Origin: an uncultured virus (IMG/VR IMGVR_UViG_3300021961_008224)
Taxonomy: Duplodnaviria > Heunggongvirae > Uroviricota > Caudoviricetes
IMG/VR virus record: IMGVR_UViG_3300021961_008224
Strand: one strand, 5' to 3'
Length of the DNA stretch: 54,073 nucleotides
Shown: in pieces, positions 1 to 9,466 of the stretch
Position numbering within the stretch: the stretch's first letter is position 1
Layout: every line of letters begins with the position of its first letter
Program-made: the position numbers and the translations under genes
The notes under the pieces: generated by a model
What the model was told of the DNA's origin: nothing
The model's database searches: none
Seen by the model: the letters and a program-made list of their open reading frames with translations, nothing else

Positions 1-993
1 ATTTTCTTTACTATATAATCCAGCTTCGTGACCTGTAAATAAAGAATTTTTTTCTCTCCAATTTTCAGGATAAGATTTTTTAAGTATATCCATCCATCCT
101 GTAATATATTCTTTTTTAAATTTACCATATGAGTCAGATTTCTCTAATAAATCTGTTGGAGGGAATAATAATTTTTTAAACATCTGTTCGTCGCTTGTTG
201 AACAACTTTGAGATTTTATTTCATCTTCAGTTAGAATATCTTTATTAGACGAATTCATTAGTTGAGTCATTACAATCTCTTCATCGATTCTCGTCTCAAT
301 TTTCATTTTATATAACTTTTCTACAAACTCCCAATTAACCGCAGTCCAAAAGTTTTTAATATATTCGTCTCGTTTGTTTCGATATTTTAAATAATAAGCG
401 TGTTCCCACAAATCTAATCCCAAAATAGGGTACCCACCATCTTTAATATCATTCATTAATGGGTTGTCTTGATTTGGAGTTGACATAATTTTTAAGGAGT
501 TGTTTTTAGTTACAACTAACCAAACCCAACCCGAACCAAATCTTTCTTTTGCAATTTCATCAAATTTCTTTTTAAATGAACCTACAGTACCAAACTCAGT
601 TTCAATTTTCTTAAGAATTAAACCTTTAGGTTTTTGAGGTGTTGGTGTTAACATTTTCCAAAAAAGTGCGTGGTTATATGCTCCACCTGCATTATTTCTA
701 ACATTTTTATTAAAACGACTAATTGTTTTTACAATTTGTTCTAAGTCTAAATCACCAAACTTTTTCTTATCTAACGCCAAATTTAATTTTTCGACATAAC
801 CTTTATAATGTTTATTATAATGGATGTCCATTGTTTCGGGGTCAATAAAACGTTTAAGAGATGTGTAAGAGTAAGGTAATTTTTCAATACCAATTCTTTT
901 CATTTCAGATAAAAAGAATTTTTGAGTTTTTTTAGTTTCAACTAGTGTGACCTCCTCTTTTAAGGCTTCAATCTTATTTACTAGATTTTTCAT
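1..993 (-). CDS. sod: Fe/Mn superoxide dismutase (Mn-type signatures) with ~30-aa N-terminal leader and >100-aa C-terminal extension; 3'-truncated by window edge; absent from ORF track
   Basis: Manual translation from ATG at 993: MKNLVNKIEALKEE...KLPYSYTSLKRFIDPETMDIHYNKHYKGYV...NNAGGAYNHALFW...RFGSGWVWL...STPNQDNP...LGLDLWEHAYYLKY...FWTAVNWEFVEKLY. All four metal ligands are present and the frame is open to base 1. Confidence 0.93.
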   Translation of the reverse strand, partial: MKNLVNKIEALKEEVTLVETKKTQKFFLSEMKRIGIEKLPYSYTSLKRFIDPETMDIHYNKHYKGYVEKLNLALDKKKFGDLDLEQIVKTISRFNKNVRNNAGGAYNHALFWKMLTPTPQKPKGLILKKIETEFGTVGSFKKKFDEIAKERFGSGWVWLVVTKNNSLKIMSTPNQDNPLMNDIKDGGYPILGLDLWEHAYYLKYRNKRDEYIKNFWTAVNWEFVEKLYKMKIETRIDEEIVMTQLMNSSNKDILTEDEIKSQSCSTSDEQMFKKLLFPPTDLLEKSDSYGKFKKEYITGWMDILKKSYPENWREKNSLFTGHEAGLYSKEN

Positions 994-1016
994 ATGTTAA
1001 GGCTTTTATTATTCTA

Positions 1017-1023
1017 ATAAATA
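1017..1023 (-). promoter_or_regulatory. TATTTAT motif (putative phage promoter) upstream of sod
   Basis: ATAAATA on + strand, about 24 nt upstream of the sod ATG; same motif recurs before many genes. Confidence 0.5.
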
Positions 1024-1038
1024 ATCGGTAATTCCGAT

Positions 1039-2817
1039 TTATCTACTATTGTTTATAGAATTCAAAACTTCTTCTACAAAATCTGCCTTATCAAGGTTGT
1101 CACCCATAACTGTTTCTATAATAGATTTTTTCTTTGATAAAATGTCGTAAATAACTCCTTCAATAGTGTTTTCAAATATTGGGTAATATACTGAAACATT
1201 TGATTTCTGACCATATCTATAGGCTCTATCTTCAGCCTGACTATGGTCTGACGGTAAGAAAGATAAATCATTCATTATAACCGCCTCTGCGGATGTTAAT
1301 GTAATACCGACACCTGCCGCTTTTATGTTACCTACAAAAACGTTTATTTTATCATTGGTTTGAAATTGGTCAACCGCAAATTGTCTTTGTGGTTGAGTAC
1401 AACTTCCATCTAAGAAAACACACTGTTTTCCAAAATGTTCTACTATTTTTTGAAGTGAGTTAGTAAAGTTAGTAAAAATAATAACTTTTTTTCCTTGTTC
1501 TATTATATTTTCACACAACTCTATTGTGCTAGATATTTTTTCTTCGGCAATAATCTGTCTAACTTTTGTTAGTTTTGAAAATTGTAATGTTAATGATGAG
1601 GATTCTTCTGAATTGGCTCGGTACCAATCAAAGTATTCTCCCATTAATCCCTCGTATAATTTTGATTTTAGTCTTAAATAAACGGGGGTAATAATTTTAT
1701 CAGGTAAATCTAATACGTCTTCTTTTAATCTTCTTAAGACTTGTCTTGAAGTTCTATCTCGTAGTTCTTCTAAATTAGATGCTCCCTTCACGTTCCAAAC
1801 CTTTCGTGGTCCAGCTTTAAATTGATATCCTTCACAATAACGAATTGCGTAAGCCATCCAATTTTGTGCCACAGGAGATTCAATAAGATTTAGTAAGTTA
1901 AAATAATTAATTGGTCTTGAGGTTAATGGGGTACCCGTTAGTAACCATAGTCTATCGACTCTTTTTGCAAAACTATTAACTAATTTAGTTCTTTGAGCTT
2001 GAGCGTTTTGTAAATAATGAGCTTCATCAATAACAATTAAATCAAAATTCATTTGATATATTGGACTGTTTTCTTTGTCTTTAATATCGTAAAAATTTTT
2101 AACAATGTCATAGTTAATGATTACAAAGTCGTGTTCAGTTGAGAAATTTTTACCTTCACAAATATAAACACTTCTGTCGGTGTAGTTTTGAATTTCCCTC
2201 ATCCAGTTAATCTTAAGGGATGCTGGTGATATTATTAATATTTTTTTAGCACCTGTTTCTAAAGCAGCGATAATAGTTGAGGTCGTTTTACCTAACCCCA
2301 TATCGTCCGCAAGTATAAATCTTTTACAACCGACTAACTTTTCAATCGCTTCCTTTTGATGATTAAGAGGTGGTCTATGGGAATATTTTGAATAGTCAAT
2401 TACAACCTTTTCAACATTGTGAGTTTTTATAATAGCACCTTTAGGTAACCATATTTCGTGTAATTCTTCATTTTCAAAAATTTTTCCCCAAATATGATAT
2501 GATTTATCTTTCTCAACTAAAAGTTTTTCAATCCATATTTGTTCAGGAACTTTTGTATATAATTTTTCGTCGGCAATTTTTTGAGCAAAGTACGGGTCTA
2601 AGTCAACCCATTTTTTGGCCACTTTAGGAACTATATTATGAAAACTAATGATATATTCAGCTTGAGCTCTTGTTGGGTAAAACTTCTTATTTAAGTCCTG
2701 TTGTCTCTTTAACCTTAACAAATAGTTATTTGCACCTGAATACGACTCTAGTATTTCAAGTGCTTTTCTTTCTATTAATTGGGGATTGTTTGAATTATTA
2801 ATTTCCAACTCAGTCAT
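1039..2817 (-). CDS. SNF2-family (SMARCAL1/HARP-like) helicase/ATPase
   Basis: Motifs LADDMGLGKT, IDEAH, LTGTP, GVGITLT, QAEDRAYRYGQ. Confidence 0.92.
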   Translation of the reverse strand: MTELEINNSNNPQLIERKALEILESYSGANNYLLRLKRQQDLNKKFYPTRAQAEYIISFHNIVPKVAKKWVDLDPYFAQKIADEKLYTKVPEQIWIEKLLVEKDKSYHIWGKIFENEELHEIWLPKGAIIKTHNVEKVVIDYSKYSHRPPLNHQKEAIEKLVGCKRFILADDMGLGKTTSTIIAALETGAKKILIISPASLKINWMREIQNYTDRSVYICEGKNFSTEHDFVIINYDIVKNFYDIKDKENSPIYQMNFDLIVIDEAHYLQNAQAQRTKLVNSFAKRVDRLWLLTGTPLTSRPINYFNLLNLIESPVAQNWMAYAIRYCEGYQFKAGPRKVWNVKGASNLEELRDRTSRQVLRRLKEDVLDLPDKIITPVYLRLKSKLYEGLMGEYFDWYRANSEESSSLTLQFSKLTKVRQIIAEEKISSTIELCENIIEQGKKVIIFTNFTNSLQKIVEHFGKQCVFLDGSCTQPQRQFAVDQFQTNDKINVFVGNIKAAGVGITLTSAEAVIMNDLSFLPSDHSQAEDRAYRYGQKSNVSVYYPIFENTIEGVIYDILSKKKSIIETVMGDNLDKADFVEEVLNSINNSR

Positions 2818-2858
2818 CTATTTATGTAATGATAATAAATTTTTGGATATTTATCAAT

Positions 2859-3374
2859 ATGAGTCAAAATAAAGTACCAATTACAAGATTAGGTAAGTTC
2901 TTCGGAGCGGAGGATTATCATTTAGATATTGATATGGGTAGAGAATGGTTAGAAGGTGATATGAACTTCACTTTAGTATTATATCGAGTTGATAGATATA
3001 AAACTAAAACAGATGATGTTTACGGTGAAACTGTTTCTGACGGAATTAAATTCTTCCCACCTGTTCAATTTAACGCGTTTTTACAGATAGTTGCCCCTGA
3101 AAATAAATTTATGGGTAATAGTAAAGTAGAACAATTTGAACCTGGTAACGCAAGAATTTCAGTATACCAATCTCATTTAGATGAGTTAGGTATTGATATA
3201 TCTTATGGTGATTATATTGGTTACTATGAAACAGAAACGAGAGTTAGATATTATGTTGTCGCAAATGACGGTAGAGTTGTGTCTGACAATAAACATACTT
3301 ATGGTGGGTATAAACCATTCTACAGAACTATAACGGCAACACCTGTAACTGCCGACGAATTTAGAGGATTATAA
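2859..3374 (+). CDS. Probable neck/head-closure protein (T4 gp14-like); likely start at ATG 2859 rather than 2829
   Basis: Located before a gp15-like gene and the sheath; DDVYGE motif and beta-rich pattern; TATTTAT at 2848-2854 just upstream of ATG 2859. Confidence 0.5.
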   Translation: MSQNKVPITRLGKFFGAEDYHLDIDMGREWLEGDMNFTLVLYRVDRYKTKTDDVYGETVSDGIKFFPPVQFNAFLQIVAPENKFMGNSKVEQFEPGNARISVYQSHLDELGIDISYGDYIGYYETETRVRYYVVANDGRVVSDNKHTYGGYKPFYRTITATPVTADEFRGL

Positions 3375-3922
3375 TGAAAATATTAATTAGTGAAAGACAA
3401 AAAAATTTAATAATGGAAACCATTACTAATGACAAAATCATATGTGATGATTGTGGTTGGTCTTGGGATACAACAGAAGGCGGTGACAATCCATATGTAT
3501 GTCATAAATGCGGTCACGATAACTCTGAAGAAGATTTTAAAGGTAAACGAGTTATGGTTTATTATAATTTACATAAACACACTTTTTCAGTTACATATAA
3601 ATCTAAAGTAATACTTCACGCGGACTATGTTAAATTAAGTGATGTTGAGTTTAGAGTTAGAAAGGGTGGAAAAGAAAAAGTTAGAAGTGAAAAAAGTAAG
3701 AATGTACACGCCTTTGTTATTGGTGACTTAGTTGATTATTGTAAATACCCTTGTGAAAATATGCCTCAGGAATCAAACGATAATGTTGTTACATATAACC
3801 CATACAAATACGATAGTTTTGTTTATAAATCAACAGAACAACCTGTATATCGAGCAAAAGAGGTAGATATGATTAATCAAAAGAATAAATTATTCGTTAT
3901 TAACGAAATTTTAAAATACTAA
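3374..3922 (+). CDS. Hypothetical protein: leader, CxxC...CxxC zinc ribbon and a phage-type domain (YYNLHK...KNVHAFV...YNPYK)
   Basis: 182 aa; CDDCGWSW...VCHKCGH; TAATG overlap with the upstream gene. Confidence 0.7.
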   Translation: MKILISERQKNLIMETITNDKIICDDCGWSWDTTEGGDNPYVCHKCGHDNSEEDFKGKRVMVYYNLHKHTFSVTYKSKVILHADYVKLSDVEFRVRKGGKEKVRSEKSKNVHAFVIGDLVDYCKYPCENMPQESNDNVVTYNPYKYDSFVYKSTEQPVYRAKEVDMINQKNKLFVINEILKY

Positions 3923-3923
3923 T

Positions 3924-4964
3924 ATGGGATTTCCGAAACAAATAAAAAAAAATATTGAGTTAACCCCTTACAGAACTTTATACCCAAGAAGAGTTGAGTT
4001 ACTTGATAAGATTAACGAACACGGAACTTATTTACCTAAATCAATATTACACGCTGATTTAGATAGAGGGTTTTTAGATTTTGTTAAAGAGGAGTTAAAG
4101 GTATCGGTTGAGGGTAAAGTAATACCGACTGTCGATATTATTGTCACAACTCAAAATTGGTCTCAGTTTACCCAAACTTGGAAATTTCAAGATTTGGATA
4201 AAAACGCGGCACCTCCATTTATTACTGTAGTAAGAGCCCCTGAAATTAAATACGGTTCCCTACCTTCATTACAATATACAATACCTAATAGACGACAATT
4301 TTATTACGCATCTGTACCAAGTTTTGATGGTAATAGAATTAATGTTGATGTTTATAAGATACCACAACCAGTACCTGTTGATATCAAATATTCTCTTAAG
4401 ATAATTTGTAATCGAATGAGAGAGTTGAACGCTCTTAACAAAACAATATTACAAAAATTTTCATCAAGACAGGCGTATCAAAATATTAAAGGTCATTATA
4501 TTCCAATTATTATGGACAATGTATCTGACGAATCTGTTATGGATATTGAAAAAAGAAAATATTATATACAAAGTTATGAATTTACTATGATGGGGTTTCT
4601 TTTAGATGAAGACGAGTTTGAAGTTAAACCTGGTGTTGAAAGAGTTTTTCAAATATACGAAGCATCTAACGGTAACGGAGGAGGTAGAAGAGTAAAAAAA
4701 TCGGACAACCCATCAACATATGAAGTTAATGTAGAATTTTCTGACGAAAACACATTTGTACTTAAACGATTTTACGATAAAGTAGATTTGAGTTGGATAT
4801 CTTCTGATAACGTTTCGAAATACGAAGTCTATATTGATGGTGAATATTATGGGTCAGATTTAACTAATATAAAGATAAATGGAGGGGATGAAGTTAAGTT
4901 TCAAATAACAAAAACATATTCAAATCAGACTTCTAATTTGAAATTTACAGCTACCTTAGTTTAA
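3924..4964 (+). CDS. Probable tail completion/terminator (T4 gp15-like) with C-terminal beta domain
   Basis: Located upstream of sheath; PQPVPVDIKYSLKI...ELNALNKTILQKF pattern is typical of tail terminator proteins. Confidence 0.55.
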   Translation: MGFPKQIKKNIELTPYRTLYPRRVELLDKINEHGTYLPKSILHADLDRGFLDFVKEELKVSVEGKVIPTVDIIVTTQNWSQFTQTWKFQDLDKNAAPPFITVVRAPEIKYGSLPSLQYTIPNRRQFYYASVPSFDGNRINVDVYKIPQPVPVDIKYSLKIICNRMRELNALNKTILQKFSSRQAYQNIKGHYIPIIMDNVSDESVMDIEKRKYYIQSYEFTMMGFLLDEDEFEVKPGVERVFQIYEASNGNGGGRRVKKSDNPSTYEVNVEFSDENTFVLKRFYDKVDLSWISSDNVSKYEVYIDGEYYGSDLTNIKINGGDEVKFQITKTYSNQTSNLKFTATLV

Positions 4965-5131
4965 TTTTCCCCGTATATATCCTTTTTTTCTTTACAAGTT
5001 TCTAAAATTAAATTTTCAATAAACTTATAAATCTTAATACCCCTTTTATCACAATATTTCTTCAATATCTCGTGTGATTCGACCGAAATCTTAAGGTTTT
5101 TAATTTTTTTGGTTTCCTTGTCCATATCCAT
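4961..5131 (-). CDS. Small ribbon-helix-helix-like DNA-binding protein (56 aa; start at 5131 or 5125)
   Basis: KNLKISVESHEILKKYCDKRGIKIYKFIENLI shows an alternating strand followed by two helices. The track's longer N-terminus overlaps the sheath start and looks non-coding. Confidence 0.7.
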   Translation of the reverse strand: MDMDKETKKIKNLKISVESHEILKKYCDKRGIKIYKFIENLILETCKEKKDIYGEN

Positions 5132-5210
5132 AAGTAGAAAAAAGGCAGAAAAAAGTCTGCCAGAATATAAATATGTTTTAAAAAGTAAAGTTTTTTGGTG
5201 CAAAAACAAA

Positions 5211-5217
5211 TATTTAT
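5211..5217 (+). promoter_or_regulatory. TATTTAT putative late promoter for the sheath gene
   Basis: Motif 33 nt upstream of ATG 5251; recurs upstream of many structural genes. Confidence 0.55.
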
Positions 5218-5250
5218 GATTAAATAAATCTGAATAGAAATTAAAAAATA

Positions 5251-8200
5251 ATGGCAACAAACAGTAAAGTATTCGTGTCACCAGGAGTGTACACATCAGA
5301 AAGAGACTTAAGCTTTGTTACTCAAAGTGTTGGTGTTACTACATTAGGGGTTGTAGGTGAGGCTTTAAAAGGTCCCGCTTTTGAACCTATCTTCATTAGT
5401 AATTACGATGAGTTCCAAACTTACTTCGGGGGAACGAACCCTGAAAAATTTATAAACACGCAAATCCCTAAGTACGAATCGGCGTATATAGCAAAATCAT
5501 ATCTACAACAATCTAATCAAATGTTTATGACAAGAGTATTAGGTTTGTCAGGATACGATGCGGGTCCTTCTTGGTCAATTCAAACAATTGCTAACGTAGA
5601 CCCTACAACGATTAAAATGGATGAGGTTTGTGCTAGTATTCCTAACTATAATGATAATACTTGTGACATTACTTGTACAGGTGTATCACTTAGTTTTGAT
5701 GTTGAATTCACAGGATGTAGTAACCAAGATGGTTCAATTACATATGTAACTAATTTCCCTGATGAAATTCAAAACATTATTAATAACCAATATACTAAAT
5801 TTAACGGTGGAGTGTCAACTTTAAAAACTGACATTAACCAACAATTATTATCAATATTTGCTCAACCAAGTTTGAGTGGTACATCAATTAACTATTGGGG
5901 TAGTATTGATAATATCGACTACGATATTTTATCACCTGTATTTACAGACGCTAATAACGTATTAAATGTACCAAGTGTTAATGAGGCGAACACAGACTTC
6001 TCTTCATCATACAACGATTCTTGGTATTATTCATTATTTGAAAATTTCAGTGGTGATAGTTATTCAGGTATGTCATTTTGGACTGTAGTTTCAGAGTTGG
6101 TTATGTTACCTAAAACAGGTACTACTACAACTACAACAACGGTTCCTGTAACAACTACAACAACAACTTTGAATCCTTGTGCAACTACTACAACGACATC
6201 ACCTATAACTACAACAACTACAACACAACCTGATTGCTTTACGGGTACTCTTCACGGTAAAATTTATTACTATACAGGTACTTCTTACAGTAACTACAAT
6301 AATTTAATTGTATCAACTTTAAGGTCAAGAGGTTTAACTACCTATGATACAACTAATGACGGACCAACTTATGAAGTTAGTGCGTTAAGTGCGGTTACCT
6401 TAGACTTTACAGGTAGTTATTCTGCGGTTAAGAAAAACCCATTTGCACCATTTGCAATTAATGTAACAAATGATGAAGGTAAAACATTTGTATTTAAAAC
6501 TTCATTACAAGAGTCAGACGCAACTTACTTACCAAAAGTATTTGGTGGAAGTAATTTTGCTAAACCAAGAACTGAGGTCCCATTATTTGTTGAGGAGACA
6601 TTCTCAAGTATGTTAAATTGGGCGTTCAAAAAAGGATATATTAGAGGACTTAGAGCGGAATTAATTTCAACTCCAGAATCAAGAAGTAACAACTCTTCAA
6701 GTATTGGATACTACGGTGAAAGATATCAAACACCTGAATCACCTTGGTTAGTGTCTGAATTAAGAGGTACTAAAGTTTACAGATTATTTAAATTTATCTC
6801 AATCGCTGACGGTAATTCGGCAAATGACCAATTGAAAATTTCAATTATGAATATGTCATTCGGAAATCAAACATTTGATGTTGTTATCCGTGATTGGTAC
6901 GATACTGATGATGCACCTGTTGTGTTAGAAAAATTCACTAATTGTTCTATGGACCCTAATCTAAATAATTTCGTAGCTAAAAAAATTGGTACGGCAGATG
7001 GGGAATACGCATTGAACTCTAAATTTGTAATGGTTGAAATTAATGAAGATGCACCTACAGATTCATTACCTTGTGGTTTTGAAGGTTATACTTTTAGAAA
7101 CTACGAATCGGTAAAATCTCCATTCCCTGTTTATAAAACAAAGTATGATTTCCCAGGAGAAGTTATTTTCAACCCTCCATTTGGATATAGTAATGGTCAA
7201 GATAATCCAGCGATTAGTGCGGGTGACAATGTAAGAAGAACTTACTTAGGTTTATCTACCGCGGCGGGAGCAGGTTATGATTTAGACTTTTTCCAATATG
7301 TTGGTAAACAAAATTTAGGTACTACTTGTGACCCTGTATTACAAGATTGGTCTTACTTAACTAAAGGATTCCATATGGACTCAGGAGCAACTGTTGTTAA
7401 AATCGCTGACTTATATGCTACTTCAGGTAGAACGGCATTCGCGGTTGGTGATGCTGAGTTTAGAAATGACCCAACAAACGCTAATAACCCTTATTACAGA
7501 TTATACGCAAGAAAATTCTCATTAATGGTTCACGGAGGTTTCGACGGATGGGACATTTATAGAGAATACCGTACAAACTCAGATAGATTCCAAGTAGGTT
7601 CTTCAGGTTATTTGGCGGGAGCTTGTTATTCAGATAGATATCCAAATGCTACTGGTACAGGTATGTTTAAACGTATAACAGTTGGGGATAATACTCAAGA
7701 TTGGGCGAATACTGACTACTACGCATACCTATTAGGACAAAAAACATTCTCAAACCCTGAGGCGGTGAACATTAACGTGTTCGTAACACCAGGTATTGAT
7801 TATGTAAATAATAGTAACTTAGTTGAACAAGCGATTGAAATGATTGAGTACGATAGAGCGGATTCATTATATATCTGTACTACTCCTGACTTTAATATGT
7901 TTGTACCTTCTACAACCGATACTTTAGATATGATTTATCCACAAGAAGCGGTAGATAACTTAGAACAGACAGGTATTGACTCTAACTACACGGCAACTTA
8001 CTACCCTTGGGTATTAACTCGTGATACAGTTAACAATACACAAATTTACATTCCAGCTACTGCGGAAGTAACAAGAAACTTAGCGTTAACCGACAACATC
8101 GCGTTCCCTTGGTTCGCATCTGCGGGTTACACAAGAGGTCTTGTAAACGCAATTAAAGCGAGACGTAAATTAACACAAGAAGATAGAGATACTTTATATG

Positions 8201-8601
8201 TAGGTAGACTTAACCCAATCGCAACCTTCTCTGATGTTGGTACTGTAATTTGGGGTAACAAAACTCTACAAATTAGAGAGTCGGCTCTTGATAGAATCAA
8301 CGTAAGAAGATTGTTATTACAAGCACGTAAATTGATTTCAGCGGTGGCGGTTAGATTACTGTTTGAACAAAACGATGCGAAAGTTAGACAAGATTTCTTG
8401 GACGCGGTTAATCCTATCTTAGATGCTATCAGAAGAGACAGAGGTTTATACGATTTCCGTGTAACAGTTTCTTCATCTCCTGAAGACTTAGATAAAAACC
8501 AATTAGTAGGTAAAATTTACATCAAACCAACTAAAGCGTTAGAATTCATCGATATTGAGTTCTTGATTACACCAACAGGTGCGTCATTTGACAATATCTA
8601 A
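5251..8601 (+). CDS. Contractile tail sheath protein with large Cys/Thr-rich insertion
   Basis: N-terminal FVSPGVYTSERDLS...GPAFEP; C-terminal YYPW...PWFASAGYTRG...LNPI...IWGNKTL...RINVRRLL...LFEQND...IKPTKALEFIDIEF. Confidence 0.96.
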   Translation: MATNSKVFVSPGVYTSERDLSFVTQSVGVTTLGVVGEALKGPAFEPIFISNYDEFQTYFGGTNPEKFINTQIPKYESAYIAKSYLQQSNQMFMTRVLGLSGYDAGPSWSIQTIANVDPTTIKMDEVCASIPNYNDNTCDITCTGVSLSFDVEFTGCSNQDGSITYVTNFPDEIQNIINNQYTKFNGGVSTLKTDINQQLLSIFAQPSLSGTSINYWGSIDNIDYDILSPVFTDANNVLNVPSVNEANTDFSSSYNDSWYYSLFENFSGDSYSGMSFWTVVSELVMLPKTGTTTTTTTVPVTTTTTTLNPCATTTTTSPITTTTTTQPDCFTGTLHGKIYYYTGTSYSNYNNLIVSTLRSRGLTTYDTTNDGPTYEVSALSAVTLDFTGSYSAVKKNPFAPFAINVTNDEGKTFVFKTSLQESDATYLPKVFGGSNFAKPRTEVPLFVEETFSSMLNWAFKKGYIRGLRAELISTPESRSNNSSSIGYYGERYQTPESPWLVSELRGTKVYRLFKFISIADGNSANDQLKISIMNMSFGNQTFDVVIRDWYDTDDAPVVLEKFTNCSMDPNLNNFVAKKIGTADGEYALNSKFVMVEINEDAPTDSLPCGFEGYTFRNYESVKSPFPVYKTKYDFPGEVIFNPPFGYSNGQDNPAISAGDNVRRTYLGLSTAAGAGYDLDFFQYVGKQNLGTTCDPVLQDWSYLTKGFHMDSGATVVKIADLYATSGRTAFAVGDAEFRNDPTNANNPYYRLYARKFSLMVHGGFDGWDIYREYRTNSDRFQVGSSGYLAGACYSDRYPNATGTGMFKRITVGDNTQDWANTDYYAYLLGQKTFSNPEAVNINVFVTPGIDYVNNSNLVEQAIEMIEYDRADSLYICTTPDFNMFVPSTTDTLDMIYPQEAVDNLEQTGIDSNYTATYYPWVLTRDTVNNTQIYIPATAEVTRNLALTDNIAFPWFASAGYTRGLVNAIKARRKLTQEDRDTLYVGRLNPIATFSDVGTVIWGNKTLQIRESALDRINVRRLLLQARKLISAVAVRLLFEQNDAKVRQDFLDAVNPILDAIRRDRGLYDFRVTVSSSPEDLDKNQLVGKIYIKPTKALEFIDIEFLITPTGASFDNI
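6121..6225 (+). repeat. Poly-Thr (ACN) low-complexity tract in the sheath insertion
   Basis: Encodes TTTTTTTVPVTTTTTTLNPCATTTTTSPITTTTTT. Confidence 0.9.
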
Positions 8602-8610
8602 TACTTATAT

Positions 8611-8640
8611 GGTGGGGAGTAATCCCCACCTTTAGCCTTT
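8611..8640 (+). terminator. Probable intrinsic terminator/stem-loop after the sheath gene
   Basis: GGTGGGGA-GTAA-TCCCCACC (8-bp stem, GNRA loop) followed by TTTAGCCTTT. Confidence 0.75.
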
Positions 8641-8650
8641 AAATTAAAAT

Positions 8651-9466
8651 ATGAAAAGAAGAATAAAAGAAGGATTTACTGAAGAAGGGACACCAGATTT
8701 AAAGTATTATGCTTTTGATTGGGACGACAATATCGTAACAATGCCAACAAGAATTATGGTGAAATCTGATAAAGGTGAAGATATCGGTATGACTACCGAG
8801 GATTTTGCACATTATAGGTCTAAAATTGGTAAAGAAGAGTTTGATTATAACGGAACTACCATTGTAGGTTTTGCGGAAGACCCGTTTAGAAATTTTAGAA
8901 CACCAGGTGATAAGGCGTTTTTAGTTGACGCGATGTTGGCAAAACCAGGACCAGCTTGGGATGATTTTGTTGAATGTATTAACAACGGTTCAATTTTTTC
9001 GATAGTAACCGCGAGAGGACATAACCCTAAGACTTTAAAAGAAGGAGTTTATAACTATATTGTGTCAGGATTTAATGGTATCAATAAAGACGAATTATTA
9101 AAAAACTTAAAAAAATACAGAAATTTTTCAGACGAAAGTGAATTGTCCGACGCTCAGTTAATTAAAAGTTATCTTGACTTATGTAAATTTTACCCTGTTT
9201 CTTTTGGTACAGGTGCGGAGGCAAATCCTGAGGAAGAAAAAGTGAAAGCTTTGGAAGAATTTGTGGGATATGTTAGAGAATTATCTTCTCAGTTACATAA
9301 AAAAGCGTTCCTTAAAAATAAAGTGAGTAATAATTTTGTACCTACAATAGGATTTTCCGATGATGACCTTAAGAATGTGGAAACAGTTAAGAAACATTTT
9401 GAAGATAAACCAGATAATATCTTACAAACTTATTATACATCAGGAGGAGAAAAAGTTAAATATTAA
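8651..9466 (+). CDS. HAD-superfamily phosphatase-like protein
   Basis: Motif I AFDWDDNI, motif II IVTARGH, Lys in EEKVK, motif IV GFSDDDLKN. Confidence 0.75.
   Translation: MKRRIKEGFTEEGTPDLKYYAFDWDDNIVTMPTRIMVKSDKGEDIGMTTEDFAHYRSKIGKEEFDYNGTTIVGFAEDPFRNFRTPGDKAFLVDAMLAKPGPAWDDFVECINNGSIFSIVTARGHNPKTLKEGVYNYIVSGFNGINKDELLKNLKKYRNFSDESELSDAQLIKSYLDLCKFYPVSFGTGAEANPEEEKVKALEEFVGYVRELSSQLHKKAFLKNKVSNNFVPTIGFSDDDLKNVETVKKHFEDKPDNILQTYYTSGGEKVKY

Noticed and set aside
5166..5173. Exact T4 late promoter TATAAATA on the plus strand upstream of the sheath
   Set aside because: It is a single instance, better explained as the minus-strand TATTTAT copy for the RHH gene; other structural genes have TATTTAT on the sense strand.
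5132..5296. N-terminal 55 aa of the 111-aa minus-strand ORF
   Set aside because: It overlaps the sheath start and promoter region, and the F/L/Y-rich translation reflects AT-rich non-coding DNA; the real start is likely 5131 or 5125.
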